A DNA stretch of 64,000 nt. Source: Rhodobiaceae bacterium. GTDB lineage: Bacteria; Pseudomonadota; Alphaproteobacteria; Rhizobiales; Aestuariivirgaceae. Position 1 is the stretch's first letter; every line of letters begins with the position of its first letter. The notes under the pieces are model-generated. The model made no database searches and was not told the DNA's origin. It saw nothing but the letters and a program-made list of their open reading frames with translations. Positions 63,355 to 64,000 of the stretch are shown in pieces. Where the stretch lies: positions 23,100 through 87,099 of the forward strand of contig JANOVC010000026.1 of the NCBI GenBank assembly GCA_031417195.1. Direction: 5' to 3'. The position numbers and the translations under genes are program-made.

Positions 63355-63532
63355 TGCGTTCCTGATACGGTGAATTGACCTCGATGATAAACTAAATTTA
63401 AGGTAACGAATCTTTTCCACAACAACTTGCAGCGTGACTCATGGCATTTGACTCATTAAACGAATGTATTAGTTTTCATGTTCCGGGTGGAAACGTGATT
63501 TGGGCCGTGACACACGAGTATCATTTTCGACC

Positions 63533-64000
63533 ATGGATTTTGTAAAACCCTATCTCGACTATTTCGCTGCAAATCCGACATGGGCCCTGATTGTCATCTT
63601 TCTCATCGCCTTTGGCGAGGCGCTTCTCATCATCGGTTTGTTTGTGCCGTCAACAGCGGTATTGGTGGGGGCCGGCATTCTGGTGGGGGCAGGGCACCTG
63701 GAATTCTGGCCCGTGTTTGCCGTTACAGCGGTGGGTGCCATGGCGGGTGACCAGGTTTCGTTCTGGGCCGGTCGCTTTTTTGGTGACCGCTTGCGAACGA
63801 AATGGCCGTTGAACCGCTTCCCCCAATTGATGGAGCGCGGTGAAGACTTTGTGAAAAACCATGGCGGCAAGAGCATTGCCCTCGGCCGTTTCGTGCCGGG
63901 CGTGAAAGCCGTCGTACCCGGAATAGTGGGCATGTTGGGAATGGGAGAACTTTACTTCCTCACCGTCAATTTTTTCTCGGCACTGGTATGGACCATCGTG
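63533..64000 (+). CDS. DedA-family membrane protein, truncated by the window edge
   Basis: Not in the ORF track. Hand translation MDFVKPYLDYF...FGEALLIIGLFVPS...GDQVSFWAGR...GRFVPGVK. Confidence 0.9.
   Translation, partial: MDFVKPYLDYFAANPTWALIVIFLIAFGEALLIIGLFVPSTAVLVGAGILVGAGHLEFWPVFAVTAVGAMAGDQVSFWAGRFFGDRLRTKWPLNRFPQLMERGEDFVKNHGGKSIALGRFVPGVKAVVPGIVGMLGMGELYFLTVNFFSALVWTIV

Overview
Mostly core chromosome of an alphaproteobacterium (Rhizobiales-like, inferred from gene content, gene order and repeat style). It carries a LysR-controlled hydrolase/oxidoreductase unit whose DJ-1/PfpI gene is interrupted by an amber stop, a sugar ABC operon, leuA with a Leu-rich leader peptide, the purM/purN-hda-ppk1-ppx-rnd-purB block, a liv ABC operon with two binding proteins, a PadR-led operon with two MFP+RND pairs, aspS, two L,D-transpeptidases, class II ribonucleotide reductase nrdJ (tandem NrdR boxes and a DnaA box), an MFS pump and a partial DedA gene. 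Two accessory, visibly AT-richer patches (about 15.0-18.1 kb and 55.1-57.6 kb) hold the most unusual signal. A ~35-bp palindromic repeat occurs in 5 clear copies that form inward-facing inverted pairs. One pair is empty (66-nt spacer), one tightly brackets a single orphan ORF with no room for its own promoter, and a third, partly degenerate pair may bracket a 3-kb block of orphan secreted proteins plus a toxin-antitoxin module. This looks like a REP-bracketed gene-cassette system (inference). Also present: an unannotated 30-aa Lys/Ala/Pro histone-H1-like microprotein, an orphan 3' fragment of a GatB/YqeY gene between repeats, and a LexA box ahead of a ~430-nt hairpin-rich region and a Cys-rich orphan ORF. 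No tRNA, rRNA, CRISPR array, integrase or transposase was seen. All family assignments come from motif recognition; no database searches were run.
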